In this document: positions 39,329-48,519 of the stretch, piece by piece | How the letters are laid out: every line of letters starts with the position of its first letter | Position numbering within the stretch: the stretch's first letter is position 1 | DNA from: an uncultured Actinomycetota bacterium | GTDB taxonomy: Bacteria > Actinomycetota > Actinomycetes > DATJPE01 | DNA length: 64,000 nt | Direction: 5' to 3' | Assembly: GCA_963819985.1 (NCBI GenBank) | Contig: CAWFYH010000004.1 | Location: 323,246 to 387,245 of the forward strand | The notes under the pieces: generated by a model | Told to the model about the DNA's origin: nothing | Database searches by the model: none | The model's input: only the letters and a program-made list of their open reading frames with translations | Made by a program: the position numbers and the translations under genes

Positions 39329-40225
39329 GTGAACAAGTTCACCAAGGGCACGGCCGTCATCGGCACGGCTGTCATCGCCGTCACCGGCCTCGGCTTCACG
39401 CAGGCTGCGCACGCCGACACGGCCCCCATCACCATCCGTCAGACTGACCTCATCCCTGAGCTGGCTGACACTCGCTCCGCCGGTCATGTCACCTTTCTCG
39501 CGGACGGTCTACACGTGATGACCGATGACAAGACTTCAGAGGCCAAGGCGGCTGAGTACTTCAGCGTCACCGGCTCGCTGCCTACCAGCGCGTCGCTCAC
39601 CTGGTACGGCACCCAGCCGCAGCCTGGCCAGCAGATCGTCTTCGACGTCGACGACGTCACCGGCAACGGCAACGACTACAACATCCTGGTTGGCGAGCCC
39701 ACCTACTACGGTGCCAACTGGTGGCTGACCAACGGATCATCCGATGACGCCAAGGCCGCTGATCCATCGGGCGCCGACAACACGGGCAACGGATCGGACT
39801 ACTTCGGCACCCTGGAGGAGTGGAAGGCAGCTCTTCCGGCGACCGCCCGTGTCTACGCCGGCGGCTTCTCGTTGGGTTCCGGCGTCAAGGGCGACGGCTA
39901 TCTCGGGTCGGAGACGTACGGCGACACGACGTACACCTTCTCCGCGAACACGGTCGCTGACGTCAAGGCCAGGGCGCAGAAGACGGTCGGCCAGCACAAG
40001 GCCAAGCTGGTCTTCACCAGCAAGGCCCAGCCGGCCAACTCCACGGTCGGCAAGAAGGTCACGTGGCGCGTCATGGCTGACGGCCAGCGCATCGCCAAGA
40101 TCAAGCAGGGCTTCAGCGAGACCGACACGATCGTCGCTCGCTTCCCCAAGCACAGCGGCAAGCACACGGTCGACGTGTACAAGAACGGCGTGCAGGTGCG
40201 GCACTTCTCGGTGCGCACCCACTAG
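39329..40225 (+). CDS. Secreted hypothetical protein with a signal peptide
   Basis: GTG start. Signal peptide KFTKGTAVIGTAVIAVTGLGFTQAAHA, likely cleaved at AHA-DT. Repeated GNGNDY / GNGSDY motifs. No recognisable domain. Lower GC than its neighbours. Confidence 0.6.
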   Translation: MNKFTKGTAVIGTAVIAVTGLGFTQAAHADTAPITIRQTDLIPELADTRSAGHVTFLADGLHVMTDDKTSEAKAAEYFSVTGSLPTSASLTWYGTQPQPGQQIVFDVDDVTGNGNDYNILVGEPTYYGANWWLTNGSSDDAKAADPSGADNTGNGSDYFGTLEEWKAALPATARVYAGGFSLGSGVKGDGYLGSETYGDTTYTFSANTVADVKARAQKTVGQHKAKLVFTSKAQPANSTVGKKVTWRVMADGQRIAKIKQGFSETDTIVARFPKHSGKHTVDVYKNGVQVRHFSVRTH

Positions 40226-40260
40226 CAAGTCCCGCACCAGATAGCTCTACCGCACGACAA

Positions 40261-40306
40261 GGTCGGGCGAGGCTACCCCGTCGTCAGCCTCGCCCGACCT
40301 TTGGTG
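40261..40306. terminator. Rho-independent terminator, bidirectional, between convergent genes
   Basis: Perfect 14-bp stem GGTCGGGCGAGGCT / AGCCTCGCCCGACC with an 11-nt loop, followed by TTTGGTG. Confidence 0.55.
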
Positions 40307-40413
40307 TCCCCGTTGGCCGTGCGGTGTGCTGATTGAAGGATCGACAGCGAGCGCGCAAAGTTGAGCGGCGCCGTACGGCTCCGACGAGATCTCCCGCAAA
40401 CGACCGTGCGAGT

Positions 40414-41778
40414 TCAGCGGGCCAGGAACCCGAGGACGTCTTGGCGGGTGAGCACCCCGATCGGCTTGCCGTCGTCGAGAACGACCGCCGCATCTGCGGT
40501 CTCCAGCGCGCTGATGGCCGCAGCCATCTGCTCGCCAGCACCGACCACCGGCAGCGCCTCCGACATGTGCCGTTCCACTGGGTCGGCCAAGGCTGCCCGG
40601 CCGCCGAACAAGGCATCCAGGAGATCGCGCTCGACCACCGAGCCGACGATCTCCGCCGCCATCACGGGAGGCTCAGCCTTCACGACCGGCAGCTGCGAGA
40701 CGCCGTACTCCCGAAGGATGTCGATCGCCTCTCGGACGGTCTCGTTGGGGTGGGTGTGCACGAACGACGGGATCCCATGGGTCTTGGCCTCCAGGACGTC
40801 ACCCACCGACTGCTCCCCCGGTGTGCTGAGGAAGCCGTAGTCGGCCATCCAGTCGTCGTTGAACACCTTCGACAGGTAGCCCCGGCCACCGTCGGGGAGG
40901 AGCACGACGATCACAGCGTCAGGACCAGCCTCTGCCGCGACACGCACCGCGGCAACCGCTGCCATCCCGCACGAGCCCCCGACCAGAAGCCCCTCCTCGC
41001 GAGCCAGCCGGCGGGTCATGACGAAGGACTCCTTGTCCGACACGGCGATGATGCGATCGCAGACCGTCTGGTCGTACGTCGTCGGCCAGAAGTCCTCGCC
41101 GACACCCTCCACGAGATAGGGCCGCCCGGTCCCCCCGCTGTAGACCGAACCCTCAGGGTCTGCGCCGATGACCTGAACCCGACCGTCGCTCACTTCCTTG
41201 AGGAAGCGTCCGGTCCCACTGATCGTTCCTCCGGTCCCGACTCCAGCGACGAAGTGCGTGATCCGGGCGTCGGTCTGCTCCCAGAGCTCTGGCCCGGTGC
41301 TCGCGTAGTGCGACGCCGGATTCTGCGGGTTGGAGTACTGATCGGGCTTCCAGGCGCCTTCGATCTCACGCGCCAGTCGGTCGCTCACCTGGTAGTAGCT
41401 GCGAGGATCCTCCGGCTCGACCGCCGTGGGACAAACGACAACCTCAGCGCCGTACGCCCGCAGGACGTTGATCTTGTCACCGGACACCTTGTCCGGGCAG
41501 ACGAAGACTGTCCGGTAACCACGCTGCTGGGCGACCAGCGCAAGGCCGATGCCGGTGTTGCCTGACGTGGGCTCGACGATGGTCCCGCCGGGCTTGATCA
41601 GCCCGTCGCGCTCGGCCGCGTCCACCATCGCCACCGCGATCCGGTCTTTGACCGACCCGCCGGGGTTGAGGTACTCCACCTTGGCCAACACCTGCCCAGG
41701 GGCACCGTCGGTGACGTGGTGAAGTCGCACCAGCGGCGTGTTGCCGATCAGATCGATGACAGAGTCGTGAACGCGCAT
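40414..41778 (-). CDS. cbs: Cystathionine beta-synthase (PLP domain plus tandem CBS domains)
   Basis: PLP-lysine motif SVKDRIA, glycine loop GTGGT, C-terminal CBS pair. Start taken at the second ATG (MRVHDSV...). Confidence 0.85.
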   Translation of the reverse strand: MRVHDSVIDLIGNTPLVRLHHVTDGAPGQVLAKVEYLNPGGSVKDRIAVAMVDAAERDGLIKPGGTIVEPTSGNTGIGLALVAQQRGYRTVFVCPDKVSGDKINVLRAYGAEVVVCPTAVEPEDPRSYYQVSDRLAREIEGAWKPDQYSNPQNPASHYASTGPELWEQTDARITHFVAGVGTGGTISGTGRFLKEVSDGRVQVIGADPEGSVYSGGTGRPYLVEGVGEDFWPTTYDQTVCDRIIAVSDKESFVMTRRLAREEGLLVGGSCGMAAVAAVRVAAEAGPDAVIVVLLPDGGRGYLSKVFNDDWMADYGFLSTPGEQSVGDVLEAKTHGIPSFVHTHPNETVREAIDILREYGVSQLPVVKAEPPVMAAEIVGSVVERDLLDALFGGRAALADPVERHMSEALPVVGAGEQMAAAISALETADAAVVLDDGKPIGVLTRQDVLGFLAR

Positions 41779-41837
41779 GCCGTTCACCGTAGACGCAGGC
41801 GCTCGGCAACCCGCACTACCATCAAAGGAAACTCAAC

Positions 41838-42581
41838 ATGATAGGAGAAAGTCGCGTGAGCAAGCCCGCCGCGATCGCGCTGACGCCCGGCATCTGGCGG
41901 GTGCCGACCACGCCCAAGGACCTCGTCAACAGCTACGTCTTCCGCGACGACGACGGTCAGGTCACGTTGGTCGACACCGGCTTGAAATCGGCCCCGCCAC
42001 GCATCCTGGCGGCCTTGCAGGAGATCGGGAGCTCTCCCACCGAGGTCACGCGGATCCTGCTAACCCATGGTCACTCCGACCATGCGGGCGGCGCGGCACG
42101 GATGCGGGAAGAGACGAAAGCACCGCTCGCCGTGCACACCGATGATGCTGCAACGGTGCGGGAGGGCAGTGCACCGCTCCTCGACCGATCGCTGCTCATG
42201 GGCCGGCTGCTCAAGCGTGGTGGCAAGTCGCCTGCAGTTCCCGTCGACGAGGAGCTTCACGACGGTCAAATCATCGATGTCGGTGGGGGACTGCGGGTCC
42301 TCCACACGCCCGGGCACTCACCCGGCCACGTCAGCTTCCTTCACGAGCCGACCCGAGTGCTGATCACCGGCGACGCGATCTGGAACGTCCGGCGTCGGCT
42401 GACCTGGTCGGTGCTGTCGTTCTGCACCGACGTGAAGCTCACCCAGCAGACCGCCGCGGTGCTCGGGGAGCTCGACTACGACATCGCTGCTTTCACGCAC
42501 GGTCCTGAGATCCGAGACGGTGCCCGCGAGGCCGTACGCGGATTCCTGCAGCGGCCCCGAGGATTTCGCGGAGGGTTCTGA
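41838..42581 (+). CDS. MBL-fold metallo-hydrolase
   Basis: HxHxDH motif (THGHSDHAGG). Confidence 0.8.
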   Translation: MIGESRVSKPAAIALTPGIWRVPTTPKDLVNSYVFRDDDGQVTLVDTGLKSAPPRILAALQEIGSSPTEVTRILLTHGHSDHAGGAARMREETKAPLAVHTDDAATVREGSAPLLDRSLLMGRLLKRGGKSPAVPVDEELHDGQIIDVGGGLRVLHTPGHSPGHVSFLHEPTRVLITGDAIWNVRRRLTWSVLSFCTDVKLTQQTAAVLGELDYDIAAFTHGPEIRDGAREAVRGFLQRPRGFRGGF

Positions 42582-42584
42582 GCC

Positions 42585-43613
42585 TTGTCGCGGGAATCTA
42601 CGGCCCGCCGGATCGCCTCGAAGGCCGCATACGGCGGGGGCGGTCTGCTGGTGACCAGCGCCTCCGCAGCGGCGTTCCTGTGGGCCGAGACCGTCTATGC
42701 GCGCTGGCGGGTCGGCGAGGTGTCCAAGGAAACGTTCCCGGTGGACGGCACCTATGCCGCGCCCGACGCGAGCGGGCAGCCCATTCGCTTGGTGATCCTG
42801 GGCGACTCGGCGGCCGCTGGGCTGGGCGCCGACGCCGCGGCCCACACACCAGGGGTCCTGCTGGCGCAGGGGCTCTCCGAAGTGGCGCGGCGCCCCGTGA
42901 CCCTCGTCAACGCAGCCGTCGTGGGCGCCCGCTCGAGCGACCTGGACGCGCAGATCGATCGGATCGAGGACGCCCGACCCGACCTGGTGGTGGTGCTCGT
43001 TGGCGCCAATGACGTGACCCACCGGGTCACCCCATCGACCAGCGTCCGTTACCTCGACCAGGTCGTACGCCGATTGCGTGACCTCGAGTCCGAGGTGGTG
43101 GTCGGAACCTGCCCTGACCTCGGCACGGTCCGTCCGCTGCCCCAACCACTGCGGGCCATCGGCCGCCGGTGGTCTCGTCAGTTGGCTGCCGCCCAGATGA
43201 TCACCGTGATCGAGGCGGGCGGTCGGGCGGTGTCCCTCGCAGCGCTGCTCGGTCCGGAGTTCGACGAGGCACCCCAGGACTACTTCAGCGCCGACCGCTT
43301 CCACCCGTCCTCCCTGGGCTATGGCCGGCTGGCCGAGGTCGTGCTGCCCTCCGTGTGTGCGGCCCTCGGATACGGCCCCGATCCCGAGCCAGCGCTCGAT
43401 GCCAACCGCCATGAAGAGGTGCTGCCCATCTCGGAGGCGGCTATCCAGGCGGCCGACGCAGGCGGCAGCGAGCTCGCGGGCGTGCAGGTCGACGGCCACG
43501 ACCGCTCCACCCGCGGCCGCTGGGCGACGGTTCGCCACCGCATCCCGCTGCGCCGTCGAGCCTCTGCGTCTGCTGGCCCCGAAGACGGCGAAACGTTCGA
43601 CCGGACCAGCTGA
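42585..43613 (+). CDS. SGNH/GDSL hydrolase family protein
   Basis: Block I LVILGDSAAAG. N-terminal TM/signal segment. Blocks III and V present (GANDV, DRFHP). Confidence 0.8.
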   Translation: MSRESTARRIASKAAYGGGGLLVTSASAAAFLWAETVYARWRVGEVSKETFPVDGTYAAPDASGQPIRLVILGDSAAAGLGADAAAHTPGVLLAQGLSEVARRPVTLVNAAVVGARSSDLDAQIDRIEDARPDLVVVLVGANDVTHRVTPSTSVRYLDQVVRRLRDLESEVVVGTCPDLGTVRPLPQPLRAIGRRWSRQLAAAQMITVIEAGGRAVSLAALLGPEFDEAPQDYFSADRFHPSSLGYGRLAEVVLPSVCAALGYGPDPEPALDANRHEEVLPISEAAIQAADAGGSELAGVQVDGHDRSTRGRWATVRHRIPLRRRASASAGPEDGETFDRTS

Positions 43614-43623
43614 GGACCCGACG

Positions 43624-44907
43624 CTAGAGGCTGCGACCGGCGGGACCCGCGTGCCACTCCTCCATGTGCCTGGCGTGAGTGTCGAGATAGGCGCCCGGCC
43701 GGTAGTGGGCATCGTAGAACTCTGTGTCGAGGTGGACCGCCTGTACGTAGCCGGACACCACCATGGTCGTGAAGGTGTTGGGGAACCTCCCATACGTGTC
43801 GTACACGTACTGAGCGACACCAGCGAGGCAGTCGACGAACTCCTCGGAGTAGGGCGTGACACCCTGCTTGATCTCTGCCGAGTCTCTCCAGGGGCCAGGC
43901 GTCTGAGGGTCGTAGGAACCGCCGGCGCCGAACTTCCGCTCGACGAAATGCTCGACCGCCGCCCGCATGTCCGGGAAGTACGGCGGGCACAGGCCCTCAA
44001 AGTGACCGTCAAGGCCGACCGGGTTGGGCAGCACCCACCGATCGTCACGCACAAACCGGAATCCGAATCCGTCGATCCCGCCATCTGCGAACGCCCCGAG
44101 GATGCTCCAGCGGTTAAGGCCACTCAGGAACAATCCTCCCAAGCCCATCGCCTGAAGGGTGAGGACCACGTTGTGCCCCATCATGGCGAGCTCGGAGACG
44201 TTGCCCTCGTACCCGATCTGTTGGAGAACGGTCAAGGGGACCCGCTTGGTCTCGTCCAAAAGGCCGCTGCGGATGAACGGCGCCGGGTCGCCAGCGGGGC
44301 GACCTGCGATGTCATCGACGAGCACGTTGCCGTTCGCGAGCGACAGCGCCATCAGCGCCAGCACCTGCTCGCTCGCATCAGCGACTGGGATGAACAGCGT
44401 CGAGCCCGGCACATTGGCCATCCAGAGGTTTGGCTCGAGCATGTGCGGTGCGGCCGCGGGGAGATCCAGTCGCGAGGCAGACAGTTGCACCGTGTTCGCC
44501 CGGGTGGCATCCACCAGACGATCGACCCAGCCATCGCCCGCGACCCCGTCCGCTTCGGGGGGTTGATCCCGTGTGTTGGTGAAATAGCAGCCCGAGTCGT
44601 CTGTCGTCAGCAAGGCGGGGGTACCGATGCCCGCTGCAGTGGGCGCGGTACGACCCGAGAACCGTTGCGTGTAGTGGGCGTGCTCCCCCGGCCGGTCGGG
44701 GCCGAAGGGCACCCCGAAGCTCCAACCCGTGACGCCTGTCCCGACCGCCACAAGGACGGAGCGTTCGTACTCCGACAACGGCACGGGCTCGGCCCCTGAA
44801 CGGTATGCGAGTGGGCCCGTGGGAATCTCCATCCCCAGACCGAAGCGCCGCGAGCGTCTTCCGGCGATCGCATCCAGCAGCGGGAACTGCGAAAAATCCT
44901 TCGCCAT
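43624..44907 (-). CDS. Hypothetical protein, possibly nitroreductase-superfamily / SagB-type dehydrogenase-like
   Basis: 427 aa from ATG 44907, after a GGAGG ribosome-binding site. Has an N-terminal RRSRRF motif like the nitroreductase FMN-binding signature. Otherwise no confident family assignment. Confidence 0.45.
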   Translation of the reverse strand: MAKDFSQFPLLDAIAGRRSRRFGLGMEIPTGPLAYRSGAEPVPLSEYERSVLVAVGTGVTGWSFGVPFGPDRPGEHAHYTQRFSGRTAPTAAGIGTPALLTTDDSGCYFTNTRDQPPEADGVAGDGWVDRLVDATRANTVQLSASRLDLPAAAPHMLEPNLWMANVPGSTLFIPVADASEQVLALMALSLANGNVLVDDIAGRPAGDPAPFIRSGLLDETKRVPLTVLQQIGYEGNVSELAMMGHNVVLTLQAMGLGGLFLSGLNRWSILGAFADGGIDGFGFRFVRDDRWVLPNPVGLDGHFEGLCPPYFPDMRAAVEHFVERKFGAGGSYDPQTPGPWRDSAEIKQGVTPYSEEFVDCLAGVAQYVYDTYGRFPNTFTTMVVSGYVQAVHLDTEFYDAHYRPGAYLDTHARHMEEWHAGPAGRSL

Positions 44908-45013
44908 GCTTGCCTCCAGAGGCCCGCCCCGCACAGGATCGTCCAGCCACCATAGCCGCGGCCTCGTCCTCAAACGGTTCGTCTCAGGACCTGCACGGCT
45001 TCGAGTGCGTCCT

Positions 45014-45358
45014 TCAGCAACTGCTCCAGCGCCACGCGCTGCCCTCCCCCCAGACCTCGGCGGCAGCAGGTGCTCCGGCTACCGCCGTCAGCACATCACT
45101 GCCCGTCACAGCGACCTGATCACCGAGACTGAAGACTCCAAGATCAGGGACGACACGAGGTCGAGGTAGGTCAGCCGAGTCCTTCTCCTCGATGCCCTGA
45201 GCGACGTCGGCGAGCAGTTGAGCGAGCGCGATTGCGGCGTCAGCCCGTGACGCGTAGGGAGCGAAGCGCTGGCGTAGCCGTACGTCGGACATCGACCTGA
45301 GCCGGGCGGACAAGCGCTCGATCTCGACGGTCAGTGCCCCCACCGGCGACTCGACCAT
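45014..45358 (-). CDS. Hypothetical protein (114 aa)
   Basis: ORF with coding-like GC3. No recognised domain. Confidence 0.3.
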   Translation of the reverse strand: MVESPVGALTVEIERLSARLRSMSDVRLRQRFAPYASRADAAIALAQLLADVAQGIEEKDSADLPRPRVVPDLGVFSLGDQVAVTGSDVLTAVAGAPAAAEVWGEGSAWRWSSC

Positions 45359-45495
45359 GCCATCAGGCTAGAGGTCCAACCTGTGCCTTCTCGAACTGCG
45401 AGAGGCCGGTATTGCCGAAGGGCTTGTGCGCCGACGTTCGGACGGGCACCGTAGTGACATCGCCCTGGCCGGGGCGACTGACCTGGGAGGCGCCC

Positions 45496-45726
45496 ATGTC
45501 CGTGCACCACTCCGACGAGACCTACGCAAACCTCGTGGCCCGGTTGCCACAGGCAACCGGGCGAGACATCAAAGAGTGGTGCAAGGAGGTGGATGCCGGT
45601 CCTTCGCTGATCAAGTCGGAGGACCGCATTCACTGGCTGCAGGACGAGCACGGCCTGGCGCACAGCTATGCCAAGGCGATCGTCCACGAGTACGACATGC
45701 AACGGGCCGCCCGCCGCGTCAGCTGA
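45496..45726 (+). CDS. DUF4287 domain-containing protein
   Basis: 76 aa from ATG after a GGGAGG ribosome-binding site (MSVHHSDETYANLVARL...). Confidence 0.65.
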   Translation: MSVHHSDETYANLVARLPQATGRDIKEWCKEVDAGPSLIKSEDRIHWLQDEHGLAHSYAKAIVHEYDMQRAARRVS

Positions 45727-45776
45727 ACGCCCACCCGCACCCCCCACCACCCAGGTGAGGGTGGGTGCGGGAGAGG

Positions 45777-46610
45777 TTAGTTGCGGTTGAGGATGGCCAG
45801 TAGGCGGAGCAGCTCGAGGTAGAGCCAGATCAGCGTGACCATCAGACCGAACGAGGCGCGCCAGGACTCCCGCTCGGGCAGCCCGAAGGCGACACCCTTC
45901 TCGATCGCGTCGAAGTCGAGCACCAGGCTGAACGCGGCAAGCCCGACACCTGCGACGCACAACAGGATGCCCAGACCGCCGACTCCGTAGAAGCCCCAGC
46001 CCTCGCCGACCCCGAAGAACGCCGAGATCAGGCTGACCACCGCGATGCCCAGGTAGGACACCATCGCGACCATCATCATCTTCTGGAAGCGCGGGGTCGC
46101 CCGCAGCTTCCCGGAGGAGTACAGCGCGAGCATGACTCCGAAGGCCACCAAGGTGCCGAGCACAGCCTGCCCGACGAGGTTCACCTGGTTGGGGTTGAGA
46201 TCCGGGCTGTTCTGGTACCAGCTGCTGATACCGCCGAGGAACACTCCTTGGACGACGGCGTACGCCATGATCAACGCGGGGTTGACGCTGCGCTTGAACG
46301 CGTTGAAAAGCCCGAGGCCGAGCCCTACGAGCATGGCCCCCCACACCAGGAGCGGGTAGTCGAAGGCGAGATTCCAACCGACGATGGCCATGGGCACGAG
46401 CAGCACGAACAGGATGGCCGTCTTGACCACGACGTCCTGGACCGACATCCGCTGACCGGTCGCGGTCGCCTCAGGCGGCGCGTACTGCTGCTGCATCGTG
46501 GCAGCGTCTGCGCCTTGCGCCTGGAAGGTCGCGTAGCGGGCTGGGTCGTTGAACTCCCGATTGAGAACGGGGTTGCGACTCGAGTATCGATCGGTAGTGG
46601 CCATGGTCAA
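45777..46610 (-). CDS. Bax inhibitor-1/YccA family membrane protein
   Basis: 277 aa with seven TMS. N-terminal Q/P-rich region typical of actinobacterial BI-1 proteins. Confidence 0.8.
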   Translation of the reverse strand: MTMATTDRYSSRNPVLNREFNDPARYATFQAQGADAATMQQQYAPPEATATGQRMSVQDVVVKTAILFVLLVPMAIVGWNLAFDYPLLVWGAMLVGLGLGLFNAFKRSVNPALIMAYAVVQGVFLGGISSWYQNSPDLNPNQVNLVGQAVLGTLVAFGVMLALYSSGKLRATPRFQKMMMVAMVSYLGIAVVSLISAFFGVGEGWGFYGVGGLGILLCVAGVGLAAFSLVLDFDAIEKGVAFGLPERESWRASFGLMVTLIWLYLELLRLLAILNRN

Positions 46611-46675
46611 GGATAACCGCTCATGCCGATGCTCCGCCGCGCGACGTCTGGACCTGGACTCGCAGGCTCAGTCCG

Positions 46676-46748
46676 TGCCCCCGGTGGGGATCGAACCCAC
46701 ACTGGATCCCTTTTAAGGGGACTGCCTCTGCCGTTGGGCTACGGGGGC
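46676..46748 (-). tRNA. tRNA gene, 73 nt, class-I architecture; anticodon loop CUUAAAA gives an apparent anticodon UAA (nominally Leu); identity uncertain
   Basis: Minus-strand sequence GCCCCCG-TA-GCCCAACGGCAGAGGC-A-GTCCC-CUUAAAA-GGGAU-CCAGU-GUGGG-UUCGAUC-CCCAC-CGGGGGC-A. The 7-bp acceptor stem is perfect. The T-arm has canonical GTTCGATCC. The D-loop has GG. The anticodon stem is 5 bp, including one G-U pair. Confidence 0.65.
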
Positions 46749-48077
46749 GCCCCCAGGGTAGGCCGCTGAGTCCTCGGTGGCAGCCACCTCTCGATCTCCG
46801 GGCACCGGTGCGGACACGTGCGCCAGGTCGGCAGCCACCGCCTCCGCCACCGAGTCTTCGTCGACCACCGCGCTTCCTTGACGGGCCGCCCAGCCGATGA
46901 GAGCCAGCGCGAACGCGCCGACGGCGGCCGACAAGACACCACCCAGCGCCAGGCTCGTGCGCGGTCCGAACGCCTGCGCCAGCCAACCGATGATCGGCGC
47001 ACCAACGGGCGTCCCGCCGAGAAAGACCGTGAGGTAGATGGCCATGACCCTGCCTCGAAACTCCGGATCGACCCCGAGCTGCACCGTGGCGTTGGCTGCC
47101 GTCATCACAGTGAGGGCGGCCAAACCGCAGGGCACGAGCGCGATCGCAAAGGTGGTGTACGTCGGCATTGCCGCAGCAGCCAGCTCGACGAGGCCGAACA
47201 CCAACGCCGAGCCGGCAACCAACCGAACCCGTGGGTTCCGGCGGCGCGTGGCTACGAGGGCGCCGAACAGCGAGCCGATGCCGAGCATCGTGGCCAGCAG
47301 ACCGAAGCCTTGGGCGTCCTTGCCGAAGACCTGGGTGGCCATCAAGGCGATCGTGATCGAGAAGTTGAGGCCGAAGGTGGCCACGACTCCCACGATGGCC
47401 ATGACGAGGACCAGATCCCTGCGGGTGCGCAAGTACTTGACCCCTGCGCGGATCTGCCCAGGGCCACGGGGGGCGCGGGGAGTAGGACGGAGCAGCCGGG
47501 GATCCATGGCCAGCAGGCCACCAATGACGGCCAGGAACGTGAGGGAGTTGATCAAGAACACCGACGCTGTTCCCACCCCTGCGATCAGCACTCCGGCGAT
47601 GGCCGGGCCGATGATCCGGGCGCCGTGGAAAGCGGTGCTGTTCAGTCCAACCGCGTTGGGAAGGTCGTCGCGCCCGACCATCTCGATCACGAACGACTGA
47701 CGCGTCGGGCCGTCTACGGCCGTGACGACCCCGAGCAGGAGGGCCAGGACGTACACCCCGCCCAGAGTGATCACGTCGAACGCGTCCAGCAGGCCGAGAG
47801 CGAGCGCGAGCAGGCCCAAAGTCGCTTGGGCAAGGATCAAGACCCGGCGTTTGGGGTAGCGGTCGGCCAGCACGCCGCCGAAGGGTCCGAGCAGCAACAA
47901 GGGCAAGAACTGCAGCGCCGTGACGATGCCGAGAGCCCGACCGCTGCCATCCGAAAGCTGCAGCACGAGCCAGTCCTGGGCGATGCGCTGCATCCAGGTG
48001 CCGATGTTGGAGACAAATGCCCCGGCCAGGAAGAGGCGGTAGTTGCGGTTGCGCAACGCTTGGAAGGTTGGGCTCAC
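46713..48077 (-). CDS. MFS transporter (EntS/YbdA-like, 12 TMS)
   Basis: 454 aa. Its last 12 codons and its TAA stop lie inside the 5' half of the tRNA gene. Translationally coupled to the upstream marR (4-nt overlap). Confidence 0.8.
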   Translation of the reverse strand: MSPTFQALRNRNYRLFLAGAFVSNIGTWMQRIAQDWLVLQLSDGSGRALGIVTALQFLPLLLLGPFGGVLADRYPKRRVLILAQATLGLLALALGLLDAFDVITLGGVYVLALLLGVVTAVDGPTRQSFVIEMVGRDDLPNAVGLNSTAFHGARIIGPAIAGVLIAGVGTASVFLINSLTFLAVIGGLLAMDPRLLRPTPRAPRGPGQIRAGVKYLRTRRDLVLVMAIVGVVATFGLNFSITIALMATQVFGKDAQGFGLLATMLGIGSLFGALVATRRRNPRVRLVAGSALVFGLVELAAAAMPTYTTFAIALVPCGLAALTVMTAANATVQLGVDPEFRGRVMAIYLTVFLGGTPVGAPIIGWLAQAFGPRTSLALGGVLSAAVGAFALALIGWAARQGSAVVDEDSVAEAVAADLAHVSAPVPGDREVAATEDSAAYPGGAPVAQRQRQSP

Positions 48078-48505
48078 GAGCGGCTGATCCCGTCGAGGAT
48101 CTCCGTCGCCGCCTCGAGCGTGGCGCGTTCCTCACGGGTGAGCGCGGCCAGGCGTACGGCCAACCACTCGTCGCGTCGCCGACGATCGGCCCGAAGCATC
48201 GCCCTGGCGGCCTCCGTCACGGACATCAGCACCTGGCGGCCATCCGTCGGGTGCGGCGTCCGCTCGACCAGTCCGGCGCCCTCGAGCGCAGCCAACGTTC
48301 GCGTCATGGAAGGCGGCTGAACTCGCTCGTGATCGGCCAGCTCACCCGGCGTGAGCGGACCATGTCGGTCGAGCGCACCCAAGGCTGCCACCGCTCCGAT
48401 GGACAGGGACGCGTCCGCACGCTCGTTGCGCAAGCGACGAGCCGTGCGCATGATCGCGATCCGCAAAGCGCTGGTCATCTCTGCGGTCTTCGTCGGTGAT
48501 GGCAC
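48074..48505 (-). CDS. MarR family transcriptional regulator
   Basis: 143 aa with a winged HTH. GTG start. Confidence 0.8.
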   Translation of the reverse strand: MPSPTKTAEMTSALRIAIMRTARRLRNERADASLSIGAVAALGALDRHGPLTPGELADHERVQPPSMTRTLAALEGAGLVERTPHPTDGRQVLMSVTEAARAMLRADRRRRDEWLAVRLAALTREERATLEAATEILDGISRS

Positions 48506-48519
48506 GATCGTTAGTCTAG

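Noticed and set aside
42318-44799. 601-aa minus ORF and 492-aa plus ORF
   Set aside because: Antisense to the SGNH hydrolase gene and to the 427-aa nitroreductase-like gene respectively. R/P/G-rich junk translation.
46676-46748. Possibility that the tRNA is on the plus strand (a Lys-like CTTTTAA loop appears on that strand)
   Set aside because: The T-arm (GGTTCGATCC) and the G-U pair in the anticodon stem are only consistent with the minus strand. The plus-strand reading would put a T-arm complement at the 5' end.
46818-48320. 500-aa plus-strand ORF
   Set aside because: Antisense to the MFS transporter and MarR genes.
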